Shown here one piece after another: positions 23,801 to 38,808 of a stretch of 64,000 nucleotides of DNA. Position 1 is the stretch's first letter; each line of letters starts with the position of its first letter. The position numbers and the translations under genes were made by a program. The notes under the pieces were generated by a model. That model was not told the origin of the DNA, did no database searches, and saw only the letters and a list, made by a program, of their open reading frames with translations. Source of the DNA: Ylistrum balloti (lineage: Eukaryota); contig NW_026782092.1 in assembly GCF_031769215.1 (NCBI RefSeq), positions 434,001 to 498,000 of the forward strand, in the 5' to 3' direction.

Positions 23801-25370
23801 GTCAAACACAATCTCTATTACTATGGTTATGTTGAAAATGTCATTGGCGATTTTATTTTTTTTTAATTGTCAAACATGATCGAATTTGGTTTGATGGGGC
23901 GTGAAAGGTGAAATAAAGGTAAAAAACGAAAACAATAATCAAAATCAGTCGGGGAAAAAAACAAAGATGGGGAGATGCATTACTTCTGAAAGTCAGTAAA
24001 TTTCATAATTTTTCAATACTGACTCATTTATGGTCTATTTTGTGAATTGTACCACTATACGAATTAATACAGGCAAATAGGTTACGAACAACATTGAGGC
24101 TGAAGTCCGCCATAATAGCTTCCAATCGCAATTCCGAAGATTGTTAAACAATTAGTAAAGTCAACAGACTCATCTACATTGTACCTACATATTTGTGATA
24201 TAAAAAGTGCTTTACAATTCAAAAAAATAAAATAATGATGGTATCGAATAATTATTTTTTCTAACCTTATGTAAAAATCAGCTGAACAATACACTTGTGT
24301 ATTCGAGTATTGATTTGTCACTAAAGCTTGATCAAAATGTAATTCAGAGATCGAACACTCATTTAAGCCTTTAAAAGTCGTACATGAATGACATACACCA
24401 AAGAAACTCGGTTTGCATCACATTGGTACACAATTGTTTAAATATTGAAAATTTAATCGAGTGCTTCTAATTATATAATGTTCGTGTTTACTTTGAAATG
24501 GAAATAAAACAAAACGATTCGTTTTAATTTAACTTTACATAATGATTTGATTTGAAGTAAGCATAATGTTTTTTGTTAGAAATTTGTGCCATTAAGTCTC
24601 AGTATCCTATTGTAAACATTGTTGTACATCGACAAATATTACATGTACATGTAGTCAGATTTAAATTACTTACACAGTGTTCATAGCCACTTAATGCTTT
24701 AGCTTTAATTGAGTAATAGATAAAATGACGATAGGGAAAAACACGTATATCTGTCATTATATCAGTAATCCACTGACATACACAACAGATAAGGAATAAC
24801 ATTCCCACGGTTTACAGATATATTGTTGAATATGTTTGAACATTTTCTTTTTTGATAAATATTTTGGTAATTATGTATAACAATTTTAATGGTTTTACAA
24901 CTATTTCTTATTTTTTTTTGTAAAATAAGAAACAATAGCAAAAAAACGATAACGAACTTTAAGACATGTGCTGGATAACACTTAGTGTAACATGTACACA
25001 ACTTCAAGATAGATTTACAATTTTTAAAGTAACACGTTATGACATTCATACAGTGGCAAAAGAAGTTTTTGTTATCAATACTACGTCAAATATTAAAAAT
25101 TATTTCATTATGATAATTTAATTTATCATATGAAGACCACACACTCTTTACGGTCAGCTATTCCAACTTTAGTTAAAATCGTTAGAGTTATGTCCCTTGT
25201 ATCTGTAGAGTTAACTCCCTTGATGTTCATTACGTCATAGCCGTGCATTCGTCATTTTGCAAGGTCAAGCTTAGGCAGCAAAGAGTCAGTGGGCGTTTTA
25301 GTGAAAAAATATCCCTCCCACCCCTCCCGTTTTCATTTCAAATTCTGCTGTGCTTTTTTGTTTGTGTCTT

Positions 25371-25449
25371 TGCAGTGACCTGGACATCAGGAACCTATCT
25401 GTCAAGACTTGCAGTGACCTGGACATCAGGAACCTATCTGTCAAGACTT
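25371..25449 (+). repeat. Perfect 39-bp tandem duplication
   Basis: TGCAGTGACCTGGACATCAGGAACCTATCTGTCAAGACT x2. Confidence 0.9.
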
Positions 25450-27082
25450 CAACTACACTCCTTGCAGTGGCTCAGTTTTTTGCACTCTGACAACAGATTG
25501 CTTATTATTTCCTGAATCTAATATTAATGCCTCACTTACTAGTTAACATCAGCTATTTTTGGAGGAATTTTCTGTACCCAGTTTCCTCCATTCTTATGCT
25601 GATTCAGTTGAAGTCATTGGCCTATATTCGCCATCTATATAAAGTATTACATCCCTCAAAATAAATATGAACATAATCTGTAACAACCGTCTTGGTTATT
25701 ATTTAGTCTTCTGTTTGATAAATACAAACCCCTCAAACCTAAGCAAGTGTCGGTAGGGTACGTAGGTTCTTTGTTAGCAATTTTGAATCATACTCAACAT
25801 GTGGATTATATTAAGTATAAAGTGTTTTACACATCTATAATATAACAATTTGTTTATCAAGTGTTTATTGTAATACCAGTGTTACAACAGGGCATATAAA
25901 CTACTCTTCAAAAAACACTCTTACAAGTGAATACAGTTAAGTTTAATTAGACTAAATGTTTAGATTTTTATTTCATAATTGATAAAAAAAAACATTATAG
26001 CATTTAAATATCTGTTTAAAGTTGTGCACTTCCTGTTAATTATGATATTTCAAATTTTGTATAACCATTTTCTTGAAAATATAAAAGATTGATATAAAAT
26101 ACGAGCGACCCAACTTGAATTCATATCATTATAGTTTGGAAAGTGTTAATGCCTTTGCTCATGCGCGGTGCCGAAAATAGAAATCACAATAAAGCGGCAG
26201 GTTAAAGTAAGTAAGATACCATGAAAGCTGACAGATGATACTGATTTTTGACAGACGCCGGTTGAAGTCTATGACAGTATGATTTGGAAATTAATTATTT
26301 CCGTGTACGATCTGAAGTTCGGCGTGTTTCATGTTCATAAGTTTACTTGGTGGTACCGTTGATGCCAACGTTTTTCTCGCCATTTCGATTGGCCAAAGAA
26401 GCGAAAAACGCATATCCTTCCGGAGCACCTGATTTCATTCTCCTTGTACTGGTTTAGGTGTCACTGTAGAAAGTTTTGTTTTGTTCATATTTTGGTCTAG
26501 CTTCCTTAAATTTGAGTAAGATTTTGCTGACATATTGGTGTAAAATATGTCACAGTTGCAAACGACATTTGCTTTTGTTAGAAACATGGATTGAAAATGT
26601 AAAATGTATTGTTTCTAAAATACATCAAAGTAGAGGAGAAACATCCTATGTTTATCATTGCGGTCTATCTATTATGAGAGCGCTACTTCTGTAATAAGTA
26701 TACATAAGGATGCATCGATTAAAATGCGTGACACAAAAACTACGATGGTATAAATGTTATCTGATTGATCAACAAAACGAAGGCTGTGGTTATCCAATAA
26801 TAATTTGTATAAAAAGAGAACCTCTTTTCACAAAATCACGATATATATTTTGCAACAAGCCGTCAACTGACAGACAAGCTCATAAAACAAGATTCCAAGA
26901 AGTGAGGTTTACAGAAAATTATTGGAAATTTAACATTTGTCAGAGTGATCTCTTCTTTTTCTCTTTGTGTAATATGAATCACGACGTGTTTGACGCTCGT
27001 TAGTTTGTCTGTCGGTTTTGCTATTGTATACCTGATCTCATCTGAAAACCAGACGTTACTTACTTGGATTGACCAAATTGAA

Positions 27083-27126
27083 CATGACGGATGTAGTCGA
27101 TGAAGCAGAAGGTCGCTTACGCTTCA
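27083..27126. repeat. Short dispersed repeat fragment (also ~22276-22316, and inverted at ~35712-35755), oyster-type interspersed repeat end
   Basis: Shared GTCGATGAAGCAGAAGATGCTTA-like core in three places. Confidence 0.45.
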
Positions 27127-29141
27127 AATACATCTTGTCTTATTCCGTGCATTCGTTTAGGAGTGTACGTAAAACCATTTTTGTTCATATTTTATTGAAT
27201 TTGTGTTTTGATTATGATTGATGACGACGCGTGTATACTTAATATTGACAGGCAATCTAATCGATTGTAATCCTACGGAAAGGATGGATAAGGCATGAAG
27301 GAGGTGGTATTCTCCGTAATTGTGTAATCCTAGTTCGTTTTATTTGCCAGAGATGTAATAATGTACACAGAGGATAAAACATAGCTAATATCTAAAGCAG
27401 GAAGTGTTGATTTAAATTGATTTATCATTAGGATTAAGCAACACAGACTTGTTTTGTTTTTATACATGATGAATCAAATGGATGTGATCTATTCTGAAAG
27501 TAAACAAAATGCAGCATCTTCTCATTTCATCCTCACTCTGGCATGCATATCCTGTAGTTGGCTGGTACTTTATAGGCGGTTTTCCATGATATTCTGTGCC
27601 GTACACGAACAAGTTTTTTTTAACAATTTTGGAAAATGCTTAAGTCAACAGTTACTATGTGTTCAGATCAGAGGTATAACAGAACAAGTTGACGTAAGAG
27701 AGAGTAGTTATGTATATTGAATTGTTGTATGGTAGTTGGTATGGAACTGAAATATTTGGTCGCGAAATAATTACAGGACATGACAAGGGTATATCTGTAC
27801 TGGAAGTAAAATGGGATGCTAGCTTTAAATAATTGTTGTTGTAAAATATTTATGTTGTTATACCAGTAAGAGTATTGGATATCTTGGTATATCAGCTTAG
27901 GGAGAACATCATCCAAATGGCAATATATAGCACTTTATAGAGCAGTATTTGCGTCATTGTAAATGTGCGGAGGGTAACGCTGCTTTGAGAGGTTTTTTCC
28001 TCGTTGTACAATTAATGTAAACCCATACGACTTTTAATGGATGTATTTAATAGACCCTCATTTAGTTAACATCACTTTGCAAGGTTGTTGTTTTCTTCGA
28101 AGTTTTGATGAGACTCGTCTAGTGCATTACCACTCTTTAATATTTATTTCCCTCCGTCAAACATCAGAATGCAGAGAATTGTGCTTTGAAATTTCACCAA
28201 ACAGTCGTCTTTATTTCTATTCAGATTTGAGTCATTTGTATTTATGAAAGAAACAAATTAACTGTTTTCAGTCATTTGTTATAAAGATTACAACGCATTA
28301 AATGAATGCACTATCCACTTGCTATTACGATATAAAAACGCAAACCCTTGAATAATGTATATAGATTTATAGGGTAACATTCAATGGTTAAATGCATTTT
28401 CATATTCAAACCGGACAATTAATTGATTGGATGTAATATTGCATTCAGATGTAGAAAGAGTAAGAGGGTTTGTGTTATGATTATCACACTAGACTAACTA
28501 AGTAAACTGATAGTGATTGTTTCTTTACATTTTGGGACATTTTTTCTGTAAGTTTCTATTGAAAACAGGAAGAAAAACATACAAATAGAATCGTAATTCA
28601 AACTCAAGATCGACTCCCTTTTAAGAACACGACATCATTTAATTGGGTTGACCAAGAATCAGATTCACAGTGTCGGCAGCGTCGTTAAGCAAAAGGCACA
28701 TGCCTGTTCTTGTATTTTTACAATTGTGTCCGCCTCGATTTTCAGTTTGAAATGAGGTTATAGTAATATGCATGTAAAGATATATGGGTTTAAAAATGAG
28801 TTTTTAATCAATAGCTCTGATTTGTTTTCGATTTTGTAATGTCGCTAGGGAAACTAGAAATCGTCACTTTAAGTTAATTTCTCGCTATGGTTCGCTGGAA
28901 AATCCCGTTCAAAGATATCGTGACCCGATCGGTATAAGATTAATTCCACACACAACACAACACTTCGAACATCAAAGATATATTACTATTGAAAAGATTT
29001 ACGAAAGGCAAATCAACATTTCTCAATACATTTCTAGAATTAGATATATTATAGACAAAAGACGGGTTTTCATTCTTTTGCTACTGTGTTATTACCTATT
29101 AAATCTTTCAAAACATTGTTGATTGATAGATTTATTGATTG

Positions 29142-29144
<3 letters not shown>

Positions 29145-29200
<56 letters not shown>
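29145..29200 (+). repeat. (GA)28 microsatellite
   Basis: Uninterrupted GA run. Confidence 0.98.
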
Positions 29201-29203
<3 letters not shown>

Positions 29204-30486
29204 GAAAAGAAAATTAATATATGGTTATTATCTGTTACCAGTATTATAGTACTACCAAAACTGTGATTTATCTACACAGATAAGTGCCACTTTTACGCTA
29301 TACATCTCCGCCGGAAAATAATCATTTTCACATTGATCATTAACGTTAAAGAGTTATGCCCTTGAATGACTGGCTTCATCAGTTGACACTTCTTTTTATA
29401 TGGCTATCAATAGAATCCCTAACAACCAAAGTAATATGGTGCTTGGGAATCACAAGCTTTAGATATTTGTTTATATAAATCAAATGCTGTGAAACAAGAA
29501 AATCAGTTCTTATCTAATTCATTGGTCATTTTATTATATCAAGCTTACGTCACATGAAATATTCCAATGTGCCTGCTGAGTGCATCAACAACCATTTAAG
29601 TGTGCCGGTCAATAAAATACTATAAGAATAAAGACTCCAATATTTGTTTAAATCCGTCAAGAGATGTCCTGTATTTATGCTGATCGAAGAGGCAAACAAA
29701 GTTAATACCAGAATCAAGCCAACGAACAACTTACGCAATCCATTAAAACTAAGTATATACATATCAAACTTTTATATGTACAATATTGGAACATGAACAA
29801 CATATTGCCACTGTGTAATGTATGTATGTACATGCGTACTAATGTATCCAGAGAGAACAAATTTTCTAGTGATGCAAAATTAATACTACTGAAGTTGTTT
29901 GATCAAAATTGGTTCTGTTTTCATTAAAGAGACGGTTTCGTCATATTCTTTCATTTGCATGCCAGTTTGTATAGGTATAATGAAATGTGATGTGTTGACT
30001 TGATAGATATGGAAAGGTTCTGGTTCCTTTTGATCAGGCTGGCGATCTGGTCTCGTGGAAACTAGAAATTTGCTGTATGCATCAAGCCCATCCTTAAATT
30101 GAAAACTAGAATCAATTAGGTACTAGATAAAAGACAGGCATGAGTGTTAGTTGTCTTGTAGACATATAAAAGTTTATTTATAGTTACCTCAAAATGTGAG
30201 TTATCGGTCAGAAGAGTTTTTGATTCGCGATTTTCCATTGATGTTTACTATTGTTTTCGTGCCCCTTTAACCATGGGACAAAATTTAATTGATATTAATA
30301 ATACGCAAAATCCTCGTATAAATATGAAGCAAAAGTAAAAGTTCTGCACTATCAGTGAATGGAAATTTGTCAATTTACGTATACAACAGAATGCATTTTC
30401 GTGCAAGTCAAATTGTATCCATTGATTTATATTTTGACTCATATACAGTATATAGGAATCTCATTTCAGATGTAATGCAAATAAAA

Positions 30487-30517
<31 letters not shown>

Positions 30518-30769
30518 TCAGTTTTTGGATATTTGTGTTATACCTGTATCCTAAATAGGGACCAGTTGATCGGAATATAGATTTTGCATACGTTCGAAAT
30601 ATATATCCTATCCAATATTCATATATTGATAATATTTACTACCATAATATCGCGCATTCTTGTTCAATCATCCGCAAACATTAATCTCCGCCGATATCAC
30701 CTTATTTCATTGTCTGGAAATTATCTTTTCATGAAACATGGTGCGATTTTACGGCTTCTCACTAGAAAA

Positions 30770-31385
30770 AGTCCGTTATCCGTTTGGTTCAAATGTCGGT
30801 TTTGGATCACCAATAAACTAATAGACCTAAGATCAGCTGCATCATTGCATCATGGTTCCAACTGTTGGGAAAGAATTACTCGCAACCACTACAGTCGGTG
30901 AAATTCCATACCAGTGTGTTGATAGATTACTTGGTCGAAAATGTCGTCTTTACAGTTATTTCTTCTGATGTAAACTGTATTGTAGATGTCGAATAATTGA
31001 CCAAAGTATTAGCCTTGCATTCCGATAATTCACGTGCACACCGACGACACATCACAAGAATGACGATAACGCGATTTTAGAAGAGTGTTATACTTTGTGA
31101 TGCTATTCCCTCATGATTTGGCGAAGTAATTATGAATGTGTCGTTATCATGAAAGTAGCAGCTCAAAGTACTTAGTTTATATGTTACTACTTTGCAATTT
31201 GTCCGTAAGATACATTCTTTCACGCATTGTTGTATGGCAGTATGTTCAAACTCTACAAAAGCTTGCGCAGAGAGAGGCTGTTTATCTCGTGATAATCGTC
31301 ATTAATTCTTAAAAGAATGTTCCTGTGTCGTAGATATTTCAAGCAATTTCGTGGAATATATGAGTATGAGGAATGCCGCTCTCAT
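30770..31385 (-). pseudogene. Diverged PAN-EGF-CCP family pseudogene (copy 3)
   Basis: MRAAFLILIYST...KN**...FVEFEHTAIQQCVKECILRTNCKVVTYKLSTLSCYFHDNDTFIITSPNHEGIAS; frameshifted HSCDVSSVC and a degenerate CCP (GISPTVV...GDPKPTFEPNG); 3' end approximate. Confidence 0.75.
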
Positions 31386-32948
31386 CCAACAGTAACACCG
31401 TTCACGCGCTTCCGCCACGTGCAATAAGATATAATGGCCAATGACGATACCGCTCGTTTCGATATTGATGTAAAACGAATTCGATTTAGCGTAAGAGGAC
31501 TGAACAAAAGAAAAGACACACAAATGAATAGCGACATTTTATATAAGATACACGCTATAGCCAAACAATGAATTAAACTGCATGATACAGCTGCTGCGTC
31601 CATCAAGGACTCGTCTGTGATGCTAACAGACTAGATGTTGTACTGAGACACCTATTTCTGTGAATTGAGAAATGAATTGATGAATCAGTTTTACAACATG
31701 GTACTTGCCTCCTTTTCTAATTGTATTTGTTGGTGTTGTGTAGGATATCAGCGCCAATATAGATGAATGCTTTCTTTATCTGGTGAAATACAGCAATCCT
31801 ATTTCACATATGTGAGGTCTTCAGTATGGACGAACTTACCTTTATCCTAGATAACTGACCTAATAACTGTTTGTCTCATTTTACCTGTACATGATTCATG
31901 AGCTAAGTAGCACATAGTTGTGCCTGCCTCTATCAAGAAATTGTTTGTGATCTTGGTCTCATGTTGAACGACGTTAATTAAAGTTTGATTAACTTAGATG
32001 AGCAATAACATCATAGAAAATGTATTTTACTTCAATTTATTTTAGAACAGCACTATCCTATCCCCCCAAATGTATTTGCATTTATTTTGAAAATAACGGA
32101 TCAAGATCGAGAGACGACAAATAAAAGATTACCTACAATTAAATATTGAAAGTCGAACTCCAGTTATTGGAATTCAATGTCACAAACAGCTCGATGCCGT
32201 AATGTTCACCTGTGACGTTCCGCAGACCTAGCAAATCACAACTAAACAATTTCCAGAACAATATTGATCCCAGTATGTACACGAACTTTAACAGTCTTGA
32301 TAAGTATGTTCTTCAAAATTCAAAGAGTAGCGAAATACAGTTCATGTTATGTATAAATGGCTGTTTTCTATATTATGATGTAAACTGTTAATGTTTCCAA
32401 GTATCATCGTTGCGCTTTACGAAACAAAAGCTTCAAGTTGACTCAAAATCTGCCATATTCTGTGATGCTCTTGAAATGTAAATTACAATAAACGGGAAAC
32501 CATTAGGTCTTCTCTATGTGACAACGAATTCATTATTTTCATGATAGAGCTGATGAATGCGATGCTTATAAATACAACTTATTGACAAAGGATATTACAT
32601 CTTAAGCTCTTAAGCCTCGGATTATTAAGTCTCTTATTCTGTGTGCTGAACTTAACCGAGAAATATTTCAACAATTAGGCTACATGATTTATGGTCTTTT
32701 AACATATCTTATGTATTATTTGTGTCATTTCACTCAACCATCCTTATTGTGTAACAAATTCAGTTGAGCAATATTGATTTTTATAGGTTTTCGTCCACGA
32801 TGTGGATAAGTTAATTTGTCTCTTTGGAATCAATATCCAAAAGGTGCGGTAACATGTGACAGCCAGTGTAACACGTGACAGCCAGTGTAAGAGCATATTT
32901 AAGCCTTAATAAAATGATGATAACTGATGCATTCTTGTAGCTGCTAGA

Positions 32949-33706
32949 ATGAAGAACTGGATATCATTATGGTCACTGCTACCATTTCTCTTTGTAGCAT
33001 CGGTTGCTACCTATGGGTGTCAGGATAATTTTATATTCAATGCGTTTGAATTTCAACAACGTTTATCTCAGCCAGAGTTTTTGTTATTTAAGGAAGTTGG
33101 AATTCAGCAATGTTCTAGAGAATGTTTGTTACGGACAAATTGTACAGCAGTGGCGTATAGCCTAGAGAAATTAAACTGTTACCTTGGTGGTAACGGTACA
33201 TATATTACTACTTCGTCCAACCAGGAGGAAATAGCATCAACAAGAACGAGGTTAATGCAGTTTGAATCAAACCTTTTAAAGTCATGTGCAGGTCATACTT
33301 GTAATGTGTCGTCGGTGTGCGTGGAGTTGTCCAGTGGAATATCAGAATGTATGTCTTTGATTGTCATTATGATTGGGAATTAAGCAGTATAAACATTGAA
33401 TCGACGTCCACAACATATGAAAGTACATTGCTTACATCGGAAGAAACAACAATGCGAACGACAGCATCGGGCATAGAATTGACCACTTCACCAATCATGA
33501 TCACTAATTAAGACCAGAATCCAGTCGAGTGTGGAGATCCCCCGACCGTTATTGATGCTATTAACCCTATTTCGACAGAAAAGTCTGTTGGAACGGTTCT
33601 TTTATACAGTTGTGAACTTGGATGGATACCTACTGGTGATGGAGAGACGACATGTATGTCGGATGGAATTTGGTCAACAGTGTCACTAACGTGTATGGAT
33701 ATTTGA
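32949..33706 (+). pseudogene. PAN-EGF-Thr-CCP family copy 4; frameshift after the EGF-like module and a stop before the CCP (may yield a 144-aa truncated secreted protein)
   Basis: ORF 32949-33383; the shifted frame continues with a Ser/Thr linker, TAA at 33509, then intact DQNPVECGDPP...YSCELG...TCMSDGIWSTVSLTCMDI*. Confidence 0.85.
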
Positions 33707-36172
33707 TAACAAAAAATGACATCACGTGCGATATAATCATCATTTATGAACCGTGTATAAAAGATAGATAATCTGAGATTACAATTGTGTAAGTAATGTA
33801 AAAAATAATAGGTTTAACAAATTGTAATCTAATATTTTTTCACATGAAAGATATTTTTCATCACGATCCAGTGATCACTGTAATAACAATAACTATGTAA
33901 AAAGAGTTGTCATTAGTTCAAGGTCCCCTTCAGTTCGATATTGACATCATCATTACAAGAGTTCAGACGCATTGTAACGATGCCAAAAAGTAAGAGATTG
34001 AGTGAGAATATCGCTAAAAGTCGCAAATCAGTCTATTGTTATAAAGTTTCGTTAGACGCCTGTTCAAGGACAAAGGTTATATAATATATAGAGTGTTACT
34101 TCCGTTCCCGTTCTATATGCAATAAACAGTGTTTTTAATTTAAACATATTTCATATGAAAAATTGAAAAGGAATTGGACACACGTTATGACAACTAAGAA
34201 ATGCCCTTTTCCATCAACAATTTAACGGTGGAATCATTGAAATTATTGACAATGTTTATGATGTTAAACAAATACCTTAAGTAAAAAAAGAAAAAAGGAA
34301 ACATTAATATGATTCATTATACAATAATCATAACATTGTTTATACCATTGGTTATACCAGTACCCACAGTTTGCATTACATTTACGTATAGTTACATTTA
34401 GAATCCAAGTTACATATATCATAACTGACAGGAATCATCGATAATTTGTTACATCAGATAACATTACTAAGCACGACAATATCTTTTTATATAGTGTTGT
34501 ACGTGTAAACGTACAACAAATAGTTGTTATCATTAAAACTTAGTACATCAGAACCATGAAGTATAATATCAAGGTTGATAATAAAACATAATCTAGACAG
34601 TTTCCTAAACAGAATATCACGGCAATCGTTGTATTGGATAGTGAAAATTGTTTTCTAATGGGTAAGAACAGTTGCATGCTGGAGACAAGACTATATTAAT
34701 TTTGAAGAGATGAATAATGTGTTACTTACGTTTCCGTTCTATATACAAAATTAAGAACATGGTTTGATTGCTCATGATTGTTGCAACAACCAAGCAAATA
34801 TATTACATAAATGAATTGACTTGCTGACTGCTATCTATAAATGTAAGTCATAAATCTTAGTGAGGAATAAAATGTACGAGTGCAATGAGATCGAGATTTG
34901 GTCTGTACTATGTATTTGTATTGGATAGAAGCATTGCCGCAGTAGAGAAAAAAAACTGTCTTTTTAAAAATACGGTGATGAATCAATTTCTAATCATTGT
35001 TCTTCTTTCCTTAGTGTAATGGGTTACATTAAGATGTAGTTAACTGTAGATGTTGTTGACCCCGTTCAATCCGAATCCTTAATAATATTCAATTGTTCTG
35101 TTCAAATGCATTTTCAACTTATAGATCTTCTCGCAATTTTATTTGTTTTAACCAAAGTAAGGGGCGTCAGATGATTTCTTCGTATATTGACTGTAGTAAT
35201 TCGTGACTAAACAGTTCACACCTGTCCAAGGGCTCTCATTTGGGGTTTTACTAGCGCGTCCTTCGAAGTAACTGACCATATGCACTCATATAATCAAATG
35301 TGATGTTTTATTCATTGTTGACCTGAATTTATGATATCAGGGATTTAAATTCAAAATGAGTTCGATATGCACCGTACTATTACGGACTAGCAGATGTGCA
35401 ACATATATGAAGGCTACAATATATACCTATATAGCCATGGCTGCACGGGTCACCGCGTCTAAGTCTGATAAAATCACTCATCCATGACTGACACTATTCT
35501 ATCTGTGCGCTCACATGGTAACGATTCGACTGGCGCTAAGGGGACCTTATTCTGTTCGTGGCATAGGCATATTTCACTTTAACTTAACTTTCACCAAAAA
35601 CAAAGAGAAAAAAATTGAACAAAATCATAATCAAATATTCATACTCATATTCAATAAAATATTTACACGGAGACATCTGCACAAGAACAAGGAGAATAAG
35701 ACCATGTGTATCAGAGGAGTAAGCGTCTTCTGCGTCATCGACAACACCCGCCATGTAAATCTCGGTCAATCCAAGTAAATAATGTCACATATTCAGTGGG
35801 AGTAAGGTATACAACAACGAAACCCATAGACAAACTTTCAAATTCAACACTAACTCTCATTTTACATTTCGTGTTGTGTAACCAAATCAGATGTATCTTT
35901 CACTTTACCTTTTGTTTAAAAAATACTACCTTCCTTGTCGTGTCAGCTGTAACTTTGACTTTACATTTCGTGTCGTGTAGCGAAATCAGCTGTAATATTG
36001 ACTTTGACTTTGAACACATCGGCTGTGCTATATTGATTTTTGTAGCTTTTTGTCCTTGAAGACGATAAGTTAAATTGTAGCTTTGGAATAAATATCCTTA
36101 AGCTGAAGTTACACCTTGGAACCACTGTTAAACATGATTACATTTTACGAGTGCATTCTTATAGCTGCTAGA

Positions 36173-36723
36173 ATGAAAAGCTGGATATTGTTTTTGTCAC
36201 TACCTCTATTCTTCTGCGTAGTATCGGACGCTACACGTGAATGCAAGGATAATCTCATATCGATATCGTTTGACGATTTTTTTTTTATTTGAACACATTG
36301 GCATACAACAATGTTCTGGGGAATGTTTGTTACGGACAACGTGTAAAGCAGTGACTTATAACCTAGAGCATTTGAACTGTTACCTTGGTGATAACGACAC
36401 ATATATCACTTCTTCGTCCAACCAGGAGGAAATAGCATCAACAAGAATGATATTGATGGAGTTTGAATCAAAACTTTCAAATTCGTGTGCTGGTCATTCT
36501 TGTAATGGGTTCTGGTGGTGTCATAAACCCTGCTTCGACAGAAAGGTCGATTGGAGCAGTTCTTACGTACAACTGTGCACCTGGAATGATAGCTGATACT
36601 GAAACGGCTGGAATGATAGCTGATAATGAAGCGGCCGGAATGATAGCTGATAGTGAAGGGGAGACCGCGTGCGAGTGAGATGGAACTTGGACATCAGTGT
36701 CACTGTCATGTGAATATCTGTGA
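36173..36723 (+). pseudogene. Family copy 5 (parent A of the tandem array): frameshifted leader, deletion after the PAN, interrupted CCP
   Basis: MKSWILFLSLPLFFCVVSDATRECKDN is out of frame with FEHIGIQQC. Upstream GCATTCTT(A/G)TAGCTGCTAGAATGAA is shared with copy 4. The CCP is out of frame, with 27-bp repeats and E*DG. Confidence 0.8.
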
Positions 36724-38808
36724 CTGTACAACGTCAAGTGATGTATTTTGCAAACCGGACATGATAGAAATATACCGTGATTATGATTAAATCATTATGA
36801 GAGATATCAACATTAATACAAATATGGAAATAATCCTGGAAAACTGACTTGCTCTGCTGTAAATCAACTTAAATGGATATCATAAATCATAAGTTAATAA
36901 GAAGATTCTGCTTCAATATATCTATTTGAAGGTTTTCCAGTCGTTTCTATTATAATGCTATGGATTTTAGTGTATTATGTTGACAGAAAAGACAGAAAGA
37001 TTGAGTGTAAATTTCGCCTGCTGAAATTTCAAGTTCATCTGACCCATCTAACGATATTTTATTTTTAAGAATGCAAGTAAAAGGTCCCGAGCTATTGTAA
37101 ATGTAGGCTTTTTCGCTGTTTTTCAGTGGTTTTCGCACATGAAAGTATCACACTAGAATTTTACAACATATCAACAAAACTAACAGAATATAATGAGTTA
37201 GTTGTCGTTTATATCTGCGATTTTTAGATATTTATCATGCTAACACACTGATTAATGTTTAACTTTATACTTCTTAGCACGCAATTTTTCAGCGTAACAT
37301 TATCGGGTAAAATTAGAAAAAGTCAATAGACGAGACAGGTGAAGCAATCGAAGGTAATTAGGTACAATGGGAAATGGTGATTATTTACCTGTTCAGTGTC
37401 TAATTCGTCACATCACGCTCAAAAACCCGCTATAATGTATATCATATACTTGAAACATAATATAGCAAATGTGAACAAATGTTTTATTTTTATGTCATTA
37501 AGACCTAAGCTTACCATTTCATGAACAAAGTCATAAATTTGTTTTTGCCTTTTAACCATAGCGAGTATTCTTTCTCCTCATAGTTCAAGTCTTTTTTCAT
37601 GTTAAAGTGAAAAATGAAATGAAAAAAGTTAATGTGTGCTGGTTTAAAAAGAATTAAGCACATGTACTTCAGGGTAATTGATTATGCTGTAGGATCGAAA
37701 TTTTTGTTTTATAAATAGAATCTGAAATGTTAATTTCTTTCCCAAAACCTTCATAAATATCAGTGCGGTCTCTGTTTCCTTTTATCTGGGATCTGCAGAA
37801 CAAAAATAATCTATCTTTGCTGATATGGGTGTTTGGGATTTTTTTGAACAACATCTGTATCTCGAGACATTCCATTGTTTGGCTCTTCTGTATTCAAATC
37901 TAAAGTTATATTACAAGGTGATTCACCTGTGTATCTTTTGTATTACAATATACAAAAGAGCAGAAGCAGACATTACATCTAAAAAGCTGGACAGAAAAAA
38001 ATAACATCAAAACAAAAAACAAGAAAAAAAAAAAAAAAAAAACAAAACAAAACAGAGTGCTGCACTGGTTAAGGTCATAATTACATATTTCCTGATGTAC
38101 TTCTCTGTAACAGAAACGTTGTCGCGAAAGGGGTAAAGGTTTCACTCGAAATTACCCGACATTACGGACATACTTGTCCAAACGATTATATCGAACTTAC
38201 CCTTTAGTTTCTAATTGACCTTTAATACCTTCACATGATCACTTTGAATACAGATTCATTATTGGAGAACGAGAACTGGAATTTTTGCGATGAATTGTCT
38301 TTCATGAATGACATTGTATTCAAAGGATGCGGGATAAAGAAAAATTACAATTTATCAGATAAATCACCATATACACCTCCTTTAGAATAATATTTGTGTT
38401 CTAGTCTTGTGAGTACCTTTGTTTGTTCACGGTTTTGTTAGAAAATAACTGAATTAGGCCAACAGAATTAACAAATCAATAACATTTTTTGTTTTAAACT
38501 GCTGTTCTGTATTATGCCTGGGGAGTTCCAGTTCCAGAAGGTGAAGAAGTTATGTGATATTGCTTCATGTGTAATGGTGATATTCACTCCGGCATAGCTT
38601 ATCACTTAGGTGACGACTTAAGCTTTACGACCGAATCGTCCGCTTGATTTGCGAACACAATGAATCAATGGTCCCTCATTTAATTTTTATCATTTTGAAA
38701 TCACAGCTGATTGGTTACTTTGGGATATCCTAATGTTGCAAGTGCTACTTAGAGTACATTCTGCATTACGATTGTAAGTGTCTTAGTTGGAACATTTCTA
38801 TCTTGAAG

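Noticed and set aside
37604-37624. IRF-like AAAGTGAAAAATGAAATGAAA in each array unit
   Set aside because: Imperfect spacing in A-rich sequence, plausible by chance, and the copies are not independent
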